63,298 nucleotides of DNA. It comes from Octopus bimaculoides (Eukaryota). The number at the start of each line of letters is the position of its first letter. The first letter of the stretch is position 1. This document shows, piece after piece, positions 38,536 through 52,914 of this stretch. The stretch spans positions 31,159,005 through 31,222,302 of the forward strand of contig NC_069003.1 of NCBI RefSeq assembly GCF_001194135.2, given 5' to 3'. The translations under genes and the position numbers were made by a program. The notes beneath the pieces are model-generated. The model had not been told where the DNA came from. It saw only the letters and a program-made list of their open reading frames with translations, and did not search any database.

Positions 38536-39106
38536 CATACAGTTTACAACAACATCAACAGCAATATCAAAATTAAATCAAATGGAAATGCTAGTTGTGA
38601 CCCCTGTGCCGGTAGCACATAAAAAGCACCATCTGAACATGTTGCATGTGTACGGAGGGGGCGAATATCAAGGGTAGTTTTGGTGAACACTGCTAAATTT
38701 GATAATCCTAATTTAGCAGAATTATGGTTCAAGACATACCACCTCTAACAATATTTTACCTTATATTGACATATCAGGATATATATTGCTCAATGTGTCT
38801 GAACATGGGATAGTGTAATTTAATGAAAATTAGCTGTTATTTCTAAAGGAAATTATAATAAATATAATGTTTATGATGATGGCTACAGGAATATTAGAGT
38901 TGTTTCGAATTTTTTGACTGGTAATTTGTATATAATTTAGGTATTTTAAAGCTCAAATGTTAAATTGGTGGTTATATTAAGAACTATTGTGCTGCACTGT
39001 TATATGTAAAATTTTTTTCTCATAAAATCAAAAATTAATATATAATGTATTTATATATGAACCTATGTGTGTGTATATATATGCGCACATGTGTGTGTGT
39101 GTATGC

Positions 39107-39159
<53 letters not shown>

Positions 39160-39280
39160 CACACACACACATATCTATATGTGTATATAAATATATACAT
39201 ATATGTATATATCTATCTATATAAATATAATATACGTACATATATTTATATAAAATTTATATATAAACATATATCTGTAT

Positions 39281-39332
<52 letters not shown>

Positions 39333-40449
39333 NNNNNNNNNNNNNNNNNNNNNNNNNNNNNNNNNNNNNNNNNNNNNNNNNNNNNNNNNNNNNNNNNNNN
39401 NNNNNNNNNNNNNNNNNNNNNNNNNNNNNNNNNNNNNNNNNNNNNNNNNNNNNNNNNNNNNNNNNNNNNNNNNNNNNNNNNNNNNNNNNNNNNNNNNNNN
39501 NNNNNNNNNNNNNNNNNNNNNNNNNNNNNNNNNNNNNNNNNNNNNNNNNNNNNNNNNNNNNNNNNNNNNNNNNNNNNNNNNNNNNNNNNNNNNNNNNNNN
39601 NNNNNNNNNNNNNNNNNNNNNNNNNNNNNNNNNNNNNNNNNNNNNNNNNNNNNNNNNNNNNNNNNNNNNNNNNNNNNNNNNNNNNNNNNNNNNNNNNNNN
39701 NNNNNNNNNNNNNNNNNNNNNNNNNNNNNNNNNNNNNNNNNNNNNNNNNNNNNNNNNNNNNNNNNNNNNNNNNNNNNNNNNNNNNNNNNNNNNNNNNNNN
39801 NNNNNNNNNNNNNNNNNNNNNNNNNNNNNNNNNNNNNNNNNNNNNNNNNNNNNNNNNNNNNNNNNNNNNNNNNNNNNNNNNNNNNNNNNNNNNNNNNNNN
39901 NNNNNNNNNNNNNNNNNNNNNNNNNNNNNNNNNNNNNNNNNNNNNNNNNNNNNNNNNNNNNNNNNNNNNNNNNNNNNNNNNNTATATATATATATATATA
40001 TATATATATTTTCCACACAAAAACACAGAGTGGGTGGTTAATCAAGAGTATTGAAAAACATGAGCAAACTTAAACTCTCTGCGTGTGACAAAAAACATGT
40101 TATCTGTTTCTATTCAGAAACTGAATATCCCAGACTCCAGTTCAGAAGCACAATAATAAAAATTATCAAATAGATAAATAAATAAATAATACAATGTGTA
40201 AGATTTACATATGTATTTGAGCTGTTAATGATTCAGTTGAAAGTCATTATTTTCGTAAGCACACAAAGTCTGTGGCTCTCTCAGAATGAGTATGGCACAA
40301 CACAAGTGGGGAGACAATAGCAAGTTGTTGTTAAAAATACCACCCTTTATTGGGTATCGGTAAGCTTGGTTTGTATTGGTGGAAGCAGAGAGTGTGGGAA
40401 AAATGGAGCAGGTGGTAAAAATGGTCCACACTACTGCATGAAGTGTTTA

Positions 40450-40785
40450 TGGCCACACCTCGAATACTGCTGCCCTCCTGTGGTCTCCCCATACAAAACA
40501 AAACATCTTGAAAATTGAATCGCCATAGAGGGCACTCACTAAACGAATTAAAGGAATGACGGGATCTCATCACCTTTAAAGGGAGTCTGGACAAATTTCT
40601 TCAAGGAATACCAGATAAGCCACCTATACCTGGATATAACCCACTCAACAAGAACTCATTACTTGAATGGACCATAATACCACAAAATTTGACTTAAAAA
40701 GGATTTACATAGTCCTATCAGGTGGTGGCTATTAAGTTAGACATGGCCTGGACCAATCTTTGGTCGAAACATATCTAAGTTTTAT
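40450..40785 (+). pseudogene. 3' fragment of a CR1/L2-group non-LTR retrotransposon ORF2 with 3' end
   Basis: PHLEYCCP(frameshift)LWSPHTKQNILKIESP*RALTKRIKGM, then after an apparent deletion DLITFKGSLDKFLQGIPDKPPIPGYNPLNKNSLLEW (stop at 40695-40697). Followed by a terminal stem-loop GACCAA-TCT-TTGGTC and (TA)n. Confidence 0.8.
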
Positions 40786-40905
40786 ATATATATATATCGC
40801 ATGATCACATGATTGACTAAAGTATTAGGTGTTGTTATACATCGCTGGTCACAATGCTCTTTGTATTGTTTTAGGTTTTGAAGGATGCCATGCCAGCAGC
40901 AAGGT

Positions 40906-40939
<34 letters not shown>

Positions 40940-43048
40940 ACAAACATTCCCCCTGATTGGAAGGCTACAGTGGNNNNNNNNNNNNNNNNNNNNNNNNNNN
41001 NNNNNNNNNNNNNNNNNNNNNNNNNNNNNNNNNNNNNNNNNNNNNNNNNNNNNNNNNNNNNNNNNNNNNNNNNNNNNNNNNNNNNNNNNNNNNNNNNNNN
41101 NNNNNNNNNNNNNNNNNNNNNNNNNNNNNNNNNNNNNNNNNNNNNNNNNNNNNNNNNNNNNNNNNNNNNNNNNNNNNNNNNNNNNNNNNNNNNNNNNNNN
41201 NNNNNNNNNNNNNNNNNNNNNNNNNNNNNNNNNNNNNNNNNNNNNNNNNNNNNNNNNNNNNNNNNNNNNNNNNNNNNNNNNNNNNNNNNNNNNNNNNNNN
41301 NNNNNNNNNNNNNNNNNNNNNNNNNNNNNNNNNNNNNNNNNNNNNNNNNNNNNNNNNNNNNNNNNNNNNNNNNNNNNNNNNNNNNNNNNNNNNNNNNNNN
41401 NNNNNNNNNNNNNNNNNNNNNNNNNNNNNNNNNNNNNNNNNNNNNNNNNNNNNNNNNNNNNNNNNNNNNNNNNNNNNNNNNNNNNNNNNNNNNNNNNNNN
41501 NNNNNNNNNNNNNNNNNNNNNNNNNNNNNNNNNNNNNNNNNNNNNNNNNNNNNNNNNNNNNNNNNNNNNNNNNNNNNNNNNNNNNNNNNNNNNNATATAT
41601 ATATATATAGCTGTCTAAGAATCCATAAGTCAAAAAATATATCCACTCACATATTTGTCAATAGAGTGGGTATATTAATCGAAGTGTATAGTATTATTTA
41701 CCCATTATGGCTGGTCTTAACTAGTTTCACACTAGGTGTTAAACTGTATGTTAGATAACAGCCCAATTATGTAACCCTCTGCTCATGAGAGGTAGCAATT
41801 ATAGAGCAATCACCATATTTTTTTCCATGACTGCCAGCTCTAACGAGTGCACAATTAAATAATTGAGCTCTTAGATAACATTCAATTTAACACCCATATA
41901 TATCTTTATATATATCTATATAGCTATGTATCTATATGTATGTTTGGAATGATTGATCAAAAGTGCTCACACACTATGTAAAACCTTCTTTCCAAAAAAG
42001 GTTAGTAACATCCTGATGAAAGATTTTATAACATTTAAAAAAAAAAATCATTCTTTAAAAAGTGACCATTACACTTCAAGACTGTATTAAGTAATTTCAT
42101 AGACTTTAAAAAATATATATGTCTGTGTATGTGTGTATTTACGACAGGTTTCTGCAGAATGGAATTGAACCAGATAGTCATGAAGTAAACTTCTTAATCA
42201 CACAGCCATGTCTACTCCAACAATGCACATTCTAGGAAACAAGCCAATAATCAAACTAATTTAAAAACTTTGGTGACTTGTTCAAACTTCAGACATAATA
42301 AAATTTTCAAAAGTTGTGCAAAATTCTAAAAAGAAAATGAGACTGTTTTCCAAATTCCCATTTGACAAACAAAAAAATTAAAAATTAATAAAAAAGTTTT
42401 TAAATTGCTACTTCCAAATTATCTCTATTTAAAAATAAAGGCAGAACTCCAGAAAGAAATAATATTTGCTAATTTAATTCATTGTTGAATTTTCTGACAA
42501 TTACGCTAATCCATTTAATATTTCAACCAGTTTTCAAGCTGAATAAAGGTGAATTAACAATCTTAAAATGTCCGCCTCTCAATTATTTAGTGCTTGCTAA
42601 CTACTAGATTAATCTTTCTTTGTGTCAGCTGCAAATACATGAGAAAACAACCATTAACACAACATTCAATTTTGAAATGTAAATCCTTAGCAACACAGAG
42701 TGATTTGTTGTTTAGAAACAGTTATACATACACCCATTTTCAGTATGCATACACACACACATGATTTAGTTATCTTTATGTATATTCTTTGCAAGTTCTG
42801 TTTCGTTCCACCCTCTACATTACAAATTTATGAATACTGCAACATTACGACAGTATTAGGGTAATGACCACAGACATTGTTCAAAGGTATAACGATCTTG
42901 CCAGACACTAGTCTCAGGCTCAGCTGACAACACTTGATATAAGACCCTGTGTAAGATGAAAGATCCTCATCTATGATTTTGAAATGTGGGTGTGTAGGAA
43001 AATGTTACAAGGACCATGAGATAAATGAATGGGTGTTACAACTAGAAA

Positions 43049-43214
43049 CAAAAAGAGAAACGAGAACATAAAAAACATAGAAAACGAACTTTTTTTTTAA
43101 CAACATGAAGGGAAAGTTCTTTATGTTGCCTGTCTCATTTCTCTATTTGTTTCTTTCATTGTTCGAAAAAAGTTCGTTTTCTATGTGTTTTTTATGTTCT
43201 CGTTTCTCTTTTTG
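43049..43214. repeat. Foldback / MITE-like inverted repeat
   Basis: Arms 43049-43096 and 43166-43214 are identical except for one 2-bp indel. Spacer is 69 bp. Confidence 0.8.
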
Positions 43215-44054
43215 CTCACATTTTTTTTATGTCCTGTATCCATATATGCACGTATATATACATATATATATAGGTATGTACATATATGTAGGTATATATG
43301 TATATACTTATATATTATTTATATATATATATATAGGGTGAAGAAGGGAGTTTGATGCTGCTGCCCTCATCTGTGTTTCCTACTGAGAGGTAGGCTCATC
43401 TGGAACCCTTGACAGGAGGAGATCAAAACTAAAAGACTAGTGCTCTTCAAGTGAAATCCTTTATGTTATTTACTTTGCTCTGAGTTCCAGATACCCCACC
43501 CCACCGCATAAATCACAACTACAGAATGGCAGCAAATCTGTGATTGGCTCAATTGGTTCCATAAAAACCAGTAATCAATGACAGTTCACTAATTGCAACA
43601 TAAAATGCAAGTAAAAAATAATGCATTTAAAAAAAAATTACATTTCATCCTATTGAAGAAAAATGCATAGGTGTCTTGTCACAAACAACTGCAGAATCAC
43701 TATAATCACTATAAGTTTTAATAGCAGCCTTAAATTTTGTTTTCTGAACAACGATGCATGTAAAATAATATTCAACGTTTGTATTGCTATGGTTCGACAT
43801 GAATTTTATCAATACTTTATCTCGCATATACTAGATAATTATTGATTTCTTTATCTCTTAGATTCAAAACTCTTAATAAAACTTTAAAAAGAATATAGTA
43901 GACTGACATAATCCTCAAGTTAGAGATTTCTATTGAATCAGCAGAAGACCAATATTTGTAAAGAAAGAGAATTGGCTGAACTAAGACCAGAGTATTTATG
44001 GTGGTTATATTGTTCGTCTTTGACTGATATTAGTCAAACTGCCCTAGCTATATA

Positions 44055-44470
44055 GGTGTAGGCATGGTTGTGTGGTAATAAGCTTCTTTCCTATCCGCAC
44101 GGTTCGTCGTTCAGTCCCACAGTGTGGCACTTTTGGCAAGTATCTTCTACTATAGTCCAGGGTTGATTAAAACCTGGTAAGTGGATTCGGAAGATGGAAA
44201 CTGAAAGAAGCCCATTGTATATGTTTGTGTGTGTCTTTGTGTCTGAGTTTGTCTTCTTCCACCACTGCTTGACAATTGGCGTTGGTTTGTTTATGCCCCT
44301 GTAACTTAGCAGTCTAGGAAAAGTGACCAACAGAATAGGTACTAGGCTTCAAACAAAAAAAAAATAAATAAATAAAAAAGAAGATACTGGGGTTGATTTG
44401 TTCAACTAAATATTCTTTGAGGCAGTGCTCCAGCATGGCCACAGTCTAATGACTGAAACAAATAAAAAAG
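44055..44470 (+). mobile_element. Family C SINE, full length
   Basis: Colinear with 29327-29712. Confidence 0.85.
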
Positions 44471-45273
44471 GGACGATCAAAGATACAAGATCAAATTATA
44501 TCATTTACTGAGACGTACTTTACTCATGGTAAAAAAAAGAACAATAACAGTTCATTCTGTGGTGACCCAATAGCTAGAGTGTTGGGCTTATGGTCATTAG
44601 GGTCAAGGGATCGATTCTGTAACCAGGCAATTCATTGTCTCATTCAGCAAGGTACTACTTTCCATATCGCCCTACCATCTCAGTTGAAAATGGTTGACAA
44701 CAAATGCTGGGGTTTACTCTTGTGACACAATCAAGGGTGAACCTTCTACACTCAGTTGTTTTACCCTTTAGCATTCAGATTATCCAATCAAATATAATGC
44801 TTATATAGTCATAGTCGTGACTAGTCTTTTCGATAGCTCAGTATAATCATTAGTGTGAGCCATGTCTATTGATGATTGCAGTATTTCTCTGTCTCAACCA
44901 GCTGACCCTGGTCATTGATGAACTGGTCAAAGGGAGATAATCCATCCTCATTGACCTAGATTGATTATTCTTTGGTTACTACTGATTGTAAAGGATTCCT
45001 GCCTCCCAGGGTTAAAAAGTTACATTTGTCTTCGGCTTTAGAGTCTCACAAGCCATCTATGGGGCTAGGATCATCATGGATGTGAAACCATTAGCGACTC
45101 TATGACTGGACATAGACTTAACTACATATAAATAAAAAAAATATAAATCTGTGTGTGTGTAAATATATATGGTTGGCACTCCGTCGGTTACGACGACGAG
45201 GGTTCCAGTTGAACCCCTAAGTATGTGGTTAGTAAGAAAGCTACTTACCACACAGCCACGCCTGTGCTTATAT

Positions 45274-45311
<38 letters not shown>

Positions 45312-45516
45312 NNNNNNNNNNNNNNNNNNNNNNNNNNNNNNNNNNNNNNNNNNNNNNNNNNNNNNNNNNNNNNNNNNNNNNNNNNNNNNNNNNNNNNNNN
45401 NNNNNNNNNNNNNNNNNNNNNNNNNNNNNNNNNNNNNNNNNNNNNNNNNNNNNNNNNNNNNNNNNNNNNNNNNNATATATATACCCATGCTAGCATGGAA
45501 AGCGGACGTTAAACGA

Positions 45517-45578
<62 letters not shown>

Positions 45579-46162
45579 TATATATTTTCAAAAGACCAAA
45601 CATTAAATCAGTGTAAAAATTGACCAGTCAGTCACACATGAAAATATAATTAAATCTGGTTAATTGCACAAGATTATTTTCTCTTTCTAATTTTTGAGTG
45701 AAAATTTGCAAACATAGCATAAAACTGAACATTCAAAATATTTAATTGATAAAACATACCAGAAACTTTGTCTTCGTGATAAGTTACCATGACAGTATTT
45801 AGTACTTCATGTATATACACAACATCAAAACTACTAACTGCATTAGCATTTTTCTCATCATTTCAAGGAATAAAAATCAATCAAAAGTACAGATTCCTAC
45901 ATATATTTTTTATCTCATATTTAATTGAGTAATAAATTTCTTCTATAACTACATATTCATTAGAGATAAAAAAATTTGTAAACAGTTTTAGATCAAGCAG
46001 TAAACAAATATCGTTTTGTTGTTTCAGTTCAGCAATAACATTAGCCTGTGATTTGACCTTATAAAATATAATAATTATAGGCAGTATGAAAGTAGTTATT
46101 ACCATTAAATTGACTTAAAAAACATATGAAAGATACTCTCCTGTCTAGCTTGGGTAAGTGAA

Positions 46163-46330
46163 GGCGCAATGGCCCAGTCGTTAGGGCAGCAGACTCACGG
46201 TCATAGGATCGCCGTTTTGATTCCCAGACCGGGCGTTGTGAGTGTTTATTGAGCGAAAACACCTAAAGCTCCACAAGGCTCCAGCAGGGGATGGTGGCGC
46301 ACCCTGCTGTACTCTTCCACCACAGCTTTC
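46163..46330 (+). mobile_element. Family B SINE, 5' half
   Basis: Matches the reverse complement of about 16835-17005. Confidence 0.8.
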
Positions 46331-47603
46331 TTCAATTCAACTTTATTCAATTCAAAGTACAAAATATGGACTGGCTCTTGTGCGGGTGACACAAGAAATT
46401 TTTCGAGCGAGACCGTTGCCAGTACCACTGGACTGGCTCTTGTGCGGGGCCGTTGTAGGATTTTCGAGCGAGATCATTNNNNNNNNNNNNNNNNNNNNNN
46501 NNNNNNNNNNNNNNNNNNNNNNNNNNNNNNNNNNNNNNNNNNNNNNNNNNNNNNNNNNGCAGGGGATGGTGGCGCACCCTGCTGTACTCTTCCACCACAG
46601 CTTTCTTCAATTCAACTTTATTCAATTCAAAGTACAAAATATGGACTGGCTCTTGTGCGGGTGACACGTAAAAGCACTCACTACACTCTCTGAGTCGTTG
46701 GCGTTAGGAAGGGCATCCAGCTGTAAAAACTCTGCCAAATCAGATTGGAGCCTGGTGTAGCCATCTGGTTTCACCAGTCCTCAGTCAAATCGTCCAACCC
46801 ATGCTAGCATGGAAAGCGAACGTTAAACAACGATGTATAGTATGAGTTCCTGATCACTTTAAGTTCTGTGTAATGTCTCAATATCTTACAAGTAATCTAT
46901 CTTGCACAACTCCTTTGAAAGAGTTGTGGCACCAGAGACATATAATTTTGTTTGTAAATTGTTTGTTAGATATTCAAAGAATGGTGAATCTTAATAATCT
47001 TTGTTCTCTTCATTTTCTTTGTTATTTATCTGAGAAGGGGTTTTTTGTGTCAATTTGAAGAAGTCTTTTTTTCCCGTTTGTTTTCATCATTGTATGCTGA
47101 GTGTTCATTTTCTGCAATTTGTTTCCTTTTTTCACCTTTTATGTTTTCATTGAGCATTTAGGAATTTTCATCTGTAAGTATTCCTTCCTCGCTGCACAAC
47201 ATAATTGTGATACTACAAGTTGATTCCATTAGGGAATAAGGTATTTGCTCATCTACCTGTGATACTTAGCCTAAAGATATCTCTTTCATTATCGCCAGAG
47301 TTTTGGTTGGTGATGCTTTGGAAGCTGGCGTTTATTGCTCTTCTTATATAGCTGCTGTTGACTATTATATTTCCTGTTCTTCCAGGCAATCAGCTCTAGA
47401 ATTACTTTTCGCTCCCAAAAATATAACAACTAGCGTTTCTAATCTTTATCATTAATTGAATACACTTTGTCACGGCACATTCTACTAGACACAGTCCTGG
47501 TATGGCTCTTGGGGTTTTTGGTGTTATCACCATCATCACCACCACCACCGGAATAGGAAACATTAGCACGCTGGACAAAATGCTTAGTGGTATTTCATCT
47601 GTC

Positions 47604-47831
47604 GGTGAGCTGGCAGAACCGTTAGCACGCCGGGCGAAATGCTTAGCAGTATTTCGTCTGCCGTTACGTTCTGAGTTCAAATTCCGCTGAGGTCGACTTT
47701 GCCTTTCATCCTTTCGGGGTCGATAAATTAAGTACCAGTTACGCACTGGGGTCGATCTAATTGACTTAATCCGTTCGTCTGTTCTTGTTTGTTCCCTCTA
47801 TGTTTAGCCCCTTGTGGGCAATAATGAAATA
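47604..47831 (+). mobile_element. Family A tRNA-derived SINE (young copy) nested in an older family A copy
   Basis: Head GGTGAGCTGGCAGAACCGTTAGC, B-box GAGTTCAAATTCC, and 15-bp direct repeat GGTATTTCATCTGTC at 47589-47603 and 47832-47846. The host copy spans about 47548-48002. Confidence 0.85.
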
Positions 47832-48005
47832 GGTATTTCATCTGTCTTTAGATTCTGAGTTCAAATTCCACCAAGGTCGACTTTGGCTTTCATCCTTTCG
47901 GAGTCAATAAATTAAGTACCAATTGCATACTGGAATCGATCTAATCAACTGGTTTCTTCCCAAAGAATTTCAGGCCTTGTGCCTAGAGTAGAAAGGAATA
48001 TTAAA

Positions 48006-48222
48006 GGCAGCAAGCTGTCAGAATCATTAGCATGCTGGGCAAAATGCTTAGCGGCATTTCGTCTGTCTTTATGTTCTAAGATCAAATTCCGCTGAGGTCG
48101 ACTTTGGCTTTCATCCTTTCGGGGTCGATAAATTAAGTACCAGTTGCATACTGAGGTCGATCTAATCGGCTGGCCACCTCCCCCAAAATTTTGGACCTTG
48201 TGCCTAAAGTGGAAAAGAATAT
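48006..48222 (+). mobile_element. Family A SINE
   Basis: Head-to-tail match to 47604-47760, plus the alternative tail ...GGCCTTGTGCCTAGAGTAGAAAAGAAT-like. Confidence 0.85.
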
Positions 48223-48699
48223 TAATGGAAGGTTTTAATCAATATTAAGGGAAGGTTTTGTCTTTATACAGCTGCTATATGAATGGACTTAAGTAATAAG
48301 AACTAGGTAAGAATTGATACTGCTGTTGTTGTTGTTGTTGTCACTCTCATTCAAATTACTTATTTGAGTTCTTGGTACATTTTCTTCTGTTAATTATTCA
48401 TATCATTAATTTTTTTCCTTCCTCTTTACATTTAGCTGTATGTTTGTCACATGACACAATTAAGTATAATAATCATTTTCCAATGTGAATATAGAATTTT
48501 TAAAAGCTTGTGAAACGAAGCTCTGATTTTCCCTTGTCTACCTCCAAGTATTAAAAGCTGCCTTTCCTTAGGCAATTACTGTTCTTTTTATTACTTCAAA
48601 GGAAATTTCATTTGGTAAAGCTTGAAACGTAATATGTTGTGAAGGAAGAATAAAAAAAAAAGAAAGAAGACATTGTCACACTACAAGTGTCAGTAGAAA

Positions 48700-48839
48700 C
48701 AACAACAACAACAGTAAGAATAATAATAACAACAGTAATAATAATAATAATAATAATGATAGTAATAATAATAATGATAACAATGATATGAATAAGAATG
48801 ATAATAATAATGATAATAATGATAATAATAATAATAATG

Positions 48840-48934
<95 letters not shown>

Positions 48935-48965
48935 AAGAAGAAGAAGAAGAAGAAGAAGAAGAAGA
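48700..48965. repeat. (AAT)n-(AAG)n microsatellite
   Basis: Directly visible. Confidence 0.95.
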
Positions 48966-49395
48966 ATTGTATTTTTTAAGAGAATAATGATCACCATCAT
49001 AATTACAGCAATAAAAATAATAAATTTCGAATATTAAGGAATCTGTCGCTGGCAAAACTAGAAAAGTAATTGTTATAATTACCAATAAATGAAGCTTTTA
49101 TTTCACCCATTCAACACCTTACCTTTTTTTTCTCCCCCTCCAAGTGATATGTCTCCTGAAAGTATAATGCATTAATGGTTTTTACTAGAGAGACATATAA
49201 CTAATGGTACATCTGAAAAATAATGTTTAAAATTACTGAAAATCCTGGCAGTTTGTCAAGAAATTGTTGTAAAAATTTATCAATAAAAGTGATTAAGTGT
49301 GGTCATTATGGTGTTTTTTTTAAAATATATATTGTGTTAGTATTATATATATATCATGTGTGTGTGTATTTTGTACATATATGTATATATATATA

Positions 49396-49436
<41 letters not shown>

Positions 49437-50964
49437 CATAATATAATATTATTTTTCATTATATATATATATTGTATGTGTGTATTTGTGCATATATATA
49501 TATATNNNNNNNNNNNNNNNNNNNNNNNNNNNNNNNNNNNNNNNNNNNNNNNNNNNNNNNNNNNNNNNNNNNNNNNNNNNNNNNNNNNNNNNNNNNNNNN
49601 NNNNNNNNNNNNNNNNNNNNNNNNNNNNNNNNNNNNNNNNNNNNNNNNNNNNNNNNNNNNNNNNNNNNNNNNNNNNNNNNNNNNNNNNNNNNNNNNNNNN
49701 NNNNNNNNNNNNNNNNNNNNNNNNNNNNNNNNNNNNNNNNNNNNNNNNNNNNNNNNNNNNNNNNNNNNNNNNNNNNNNNNNNNNNNNNNNNNNNNNNNNN
49801 NNNNNNNNNNNNNNCATGTTTACATATGTGTGTATATTATATTATTATTCTTATTATTTTTATTATCATCATCGTCATCATCAAGATACAGAATTGAAAT
49901 AGTTCTCGTCTTGTTTACATTTGGAATTAAAGAAGATTGACACCTCTCTTCATCTCTAGGTAAAAGAAATATCAGTAATGCCATAGAAATAGAAAGAGAC
50001 GGAAGTAAAAGAAAGAAGAAAAATAGATGAAGATGAAAAAGAGAAAGCAAAAGAGAAAAAGGAACAACAGCAAAAAAAAAGGACAAAAACAGAAAAAGAA
50101 AATGAAAGAGAAAAGAAAAAGACAAACGAATGAAAAAGCAGAAAAAAAAACAGAAAAGAGAAAATAAAATAATGGAAACAAGACAAAAAGAAAAATTATG
50201 TAATGGTAAAGAAGTAAGAAAGAAAATAAAGAAAGAAAAAGAAATAAGGGAAGTAGAAGGACGGAATAAGAAAAAAACATGGAAAATGAAGAAAATTGAA
50301 GGGAAAAGGTTAAAAAAATTCAGACAAAGTATGGAACAAAATATATGAGATAAAGAATTGTGATTTTAATTAAGTTTGATTTGTGAGCTACTGCCCTGGT
50401 AGCTCCAGAGTGAAGTGTGATAATACAATAATTACAGTATTTAAGTGGAAACAGCATGGCTGAATGGTCAAGTAGTTTTGCTTTAGAATCATGCTGTTTT
50501 GGGTTCAATCCCCCTGTGTAACATTTGGGGGGAGGGGGGCAAATGTCTACTACCATATGACATGAGTTGCCCTTAAACTTGGCAATGAAATCAAGTGGAG
50601 AGAAATGTAAATTGCCCCTTGGATGGATTGCTCTTGTAATTCAAATTAAAGGTCCCTGACTTGCTGATTCTGCTTGAGGATTACGGCAATGGTACACCTG
50701 TCTGTGGAATACACAGCCGCTTACATTACATTATAATTTCATGAACAGGTTGTTCACTGATTGGACAATTATGAAGGTGGTGGTCATCATCACCACCACC
50801 ACCACCGCCACCACTACATAACTACGATCTGATGGAGCTCCCTGGCTTTTCAACGATCTTTCTAGGGGTAAGCAAGCAGGAAATAGCAGCTTCTAACGAA
50901 GGACAAAAATCATGTTACACAGTGTAAAATCCATAGTTTCAGTTGGTCAAGATTAAGAATCTAA

Positions 50965-51220
50965 CCCCAAACCTGATGAATGCTTTTGATAGGATCCCAT
51001 AGAGGAGGTGCCTGAAGCTTCTACTCCCACATCTCTCCGAGAAATAGTGGTTCAAGGTGAAAAGATGGACGGATCTTCTTGTATAATGATATAATCTTGC
51101 CATAGTTCTTTTCCAAATCTAACACTACACTCAGACAATATGGAAAATTATTCAACTGGGATTTGAGACTCAGTGTTATTGAACAGTTAGATTAATCCTT
51201 TAATCCGTTGAGTCAGAGGG
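50965..51220 (+). pseudogene. Possible heavily decayed non-LTR RT fragment
   Basis: NLMNAFDRIP*RRCLKLL resembles the RT motif DLxKAFDRVPH. The rest of the frame is poorly conserved. Confidence 0.35.
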
Positions 51221-52484
51221 AGACAGATTGAGATTTAGTGCTTATAAACTATGTTTAAAAGCACAGATGAACATGACTAGAATTGGCTTTTGTCATGAAT
51301 CTGAGCTGAGAGTAGAACAACAACGATAGCAACAACACCACTACCACCACTCCCATACCAATACCACCATCACCACCATCACTGCCATCACCATCACCAA
51401 CAACATCACTACCACAGCCACAACTACTACCACCTATACCACCAGCACCATCATTGCTACTATTACCATTAACTCACCACCAGCACCACCCTGTCAAAAC
51501 TACACCCACACAGCCACTGCCCCATCATTCCACCGCCACCACCACATCATCCCACCNNNNNNNNNNNNNNNNNNNNNNNNNNNNNNNNNNNNNNNNNNNN
51601 NNNNNNNNNNNNNNNNNNNNNNNNNNNNNNNNNNNNNNNNNNNNNNNNNNNNNNNNNNNNNNNNNNNNNNNNNNNNNNNNNNNNNNNNNNNNNNNNNNNN
51701 NNNNNNNNNNNNNNNNNNNNNNNNNNNNNNNNNNNNNNNNNNNNNNNNNNNNCACTACCCCACCACCACCACCACCACCACCACCACCACCACTACCATC
51801 ACCACCAGCACTTCCACCATCACCACCACCACCATTACTACCACAGCTACCACTACCACGAACACCACTTCTATCGCTGCTACTACCGCCATTACCATGA
51901 ACACCACTATTACTACCACTACCACCACTAATACCACCACCACCAACCATATTTTATTCATCAACCCTGTTTGACCTCTGGCTATGGTAGAAAACACTTT
52001 CCATACGAAGGTACCACACAGTGGGACAGAACCCAGAACCCAGAACCCACCGAGTGGTTGCCAAGCAAACTGTTGAACAACTAAGGGCTGCACCTGCACC
52101 CACACTTACACTAAGACAAAAGGCACCAGCACGACAAATGTAAAAGATAAGGAAACAGCAGTTGTGAGAAAATCAATTTTGCTAACCCAGTTAACTTATT
52201 CTTGATTGGAAAACAAAAACAACAACAAAAAGAAAAAAAAACAGCAAAAAAAGAAAACAAAAAAAACCCAGCAAAAAAAGAACATCACACATAACGAATA
52301 CAAAAAAATAAAGAGGAGTATACGAACGCAAGAGTTTGATTAAATATTATAATTCTAACATCCTTCCCATCTTGTCTAGAAATTGTATTCACTAACTGCA
52401 CACTGCTTCATAGAATTCCACTTGTTTATTTTGTATTTTTGTTACTGCTGCACTGATTATGATTATTATTAATATTATTATTAA

Positions 52485-52544
<60 letters not shown>

Positions 52545-52723
52545 CATTATTATTATTATTCAGTAGTCTTTTTTTTTTTATATCACATGCTTTCACTGCA
52601 CTACTGAGCGCAGCTCTGTGTGCCTTGGGTATGCGCTGTGGTTTGTACCAGTTACATACTGGAGTCAATGTAATTGACTTACCCCTGCTCTAAATTTCAG
52701 GCCTTGTGCCAACAGTAGAAAGG

Positions 52724-52724
<1 letters not shown>

Positions 52725-52797
<73 letters not shown>

Positions 52798-52817
52798 CAT
52801 TATTATCATTATTATTA

Positions 52818-52851
<34 letters not shown>

Positions 52852-52871
52852 CATTATTATTATCATTATTA

Positions 52872-52914
<43 letters not shown>

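Noticed and set aside
40748-40780. Hammerhead at CCTG-GACCAA-TCT-TTGGTC-GAAAC
   Set aside because: The CUGANGA core is incomplete. Better explained as a LINE 3' stem-loop.
45881-46105. 74-aa minus-strand ORF as a possible exon
   Set aside because: AT-rich, no recognisable motif and weak splice sites.
46284-46667. Duplicated family B/D chimeric block (46284-46391 and 46559-46667)
   Set aside because: Identical copies on either side of a gap, probably an assembly artefact. Needs long reads.
46860-47400. Possible minus-strand LINE ORF2 fragment
   Set aside because: Only vague motif resemblance with many stops. Cannot be supported without BLASTx.
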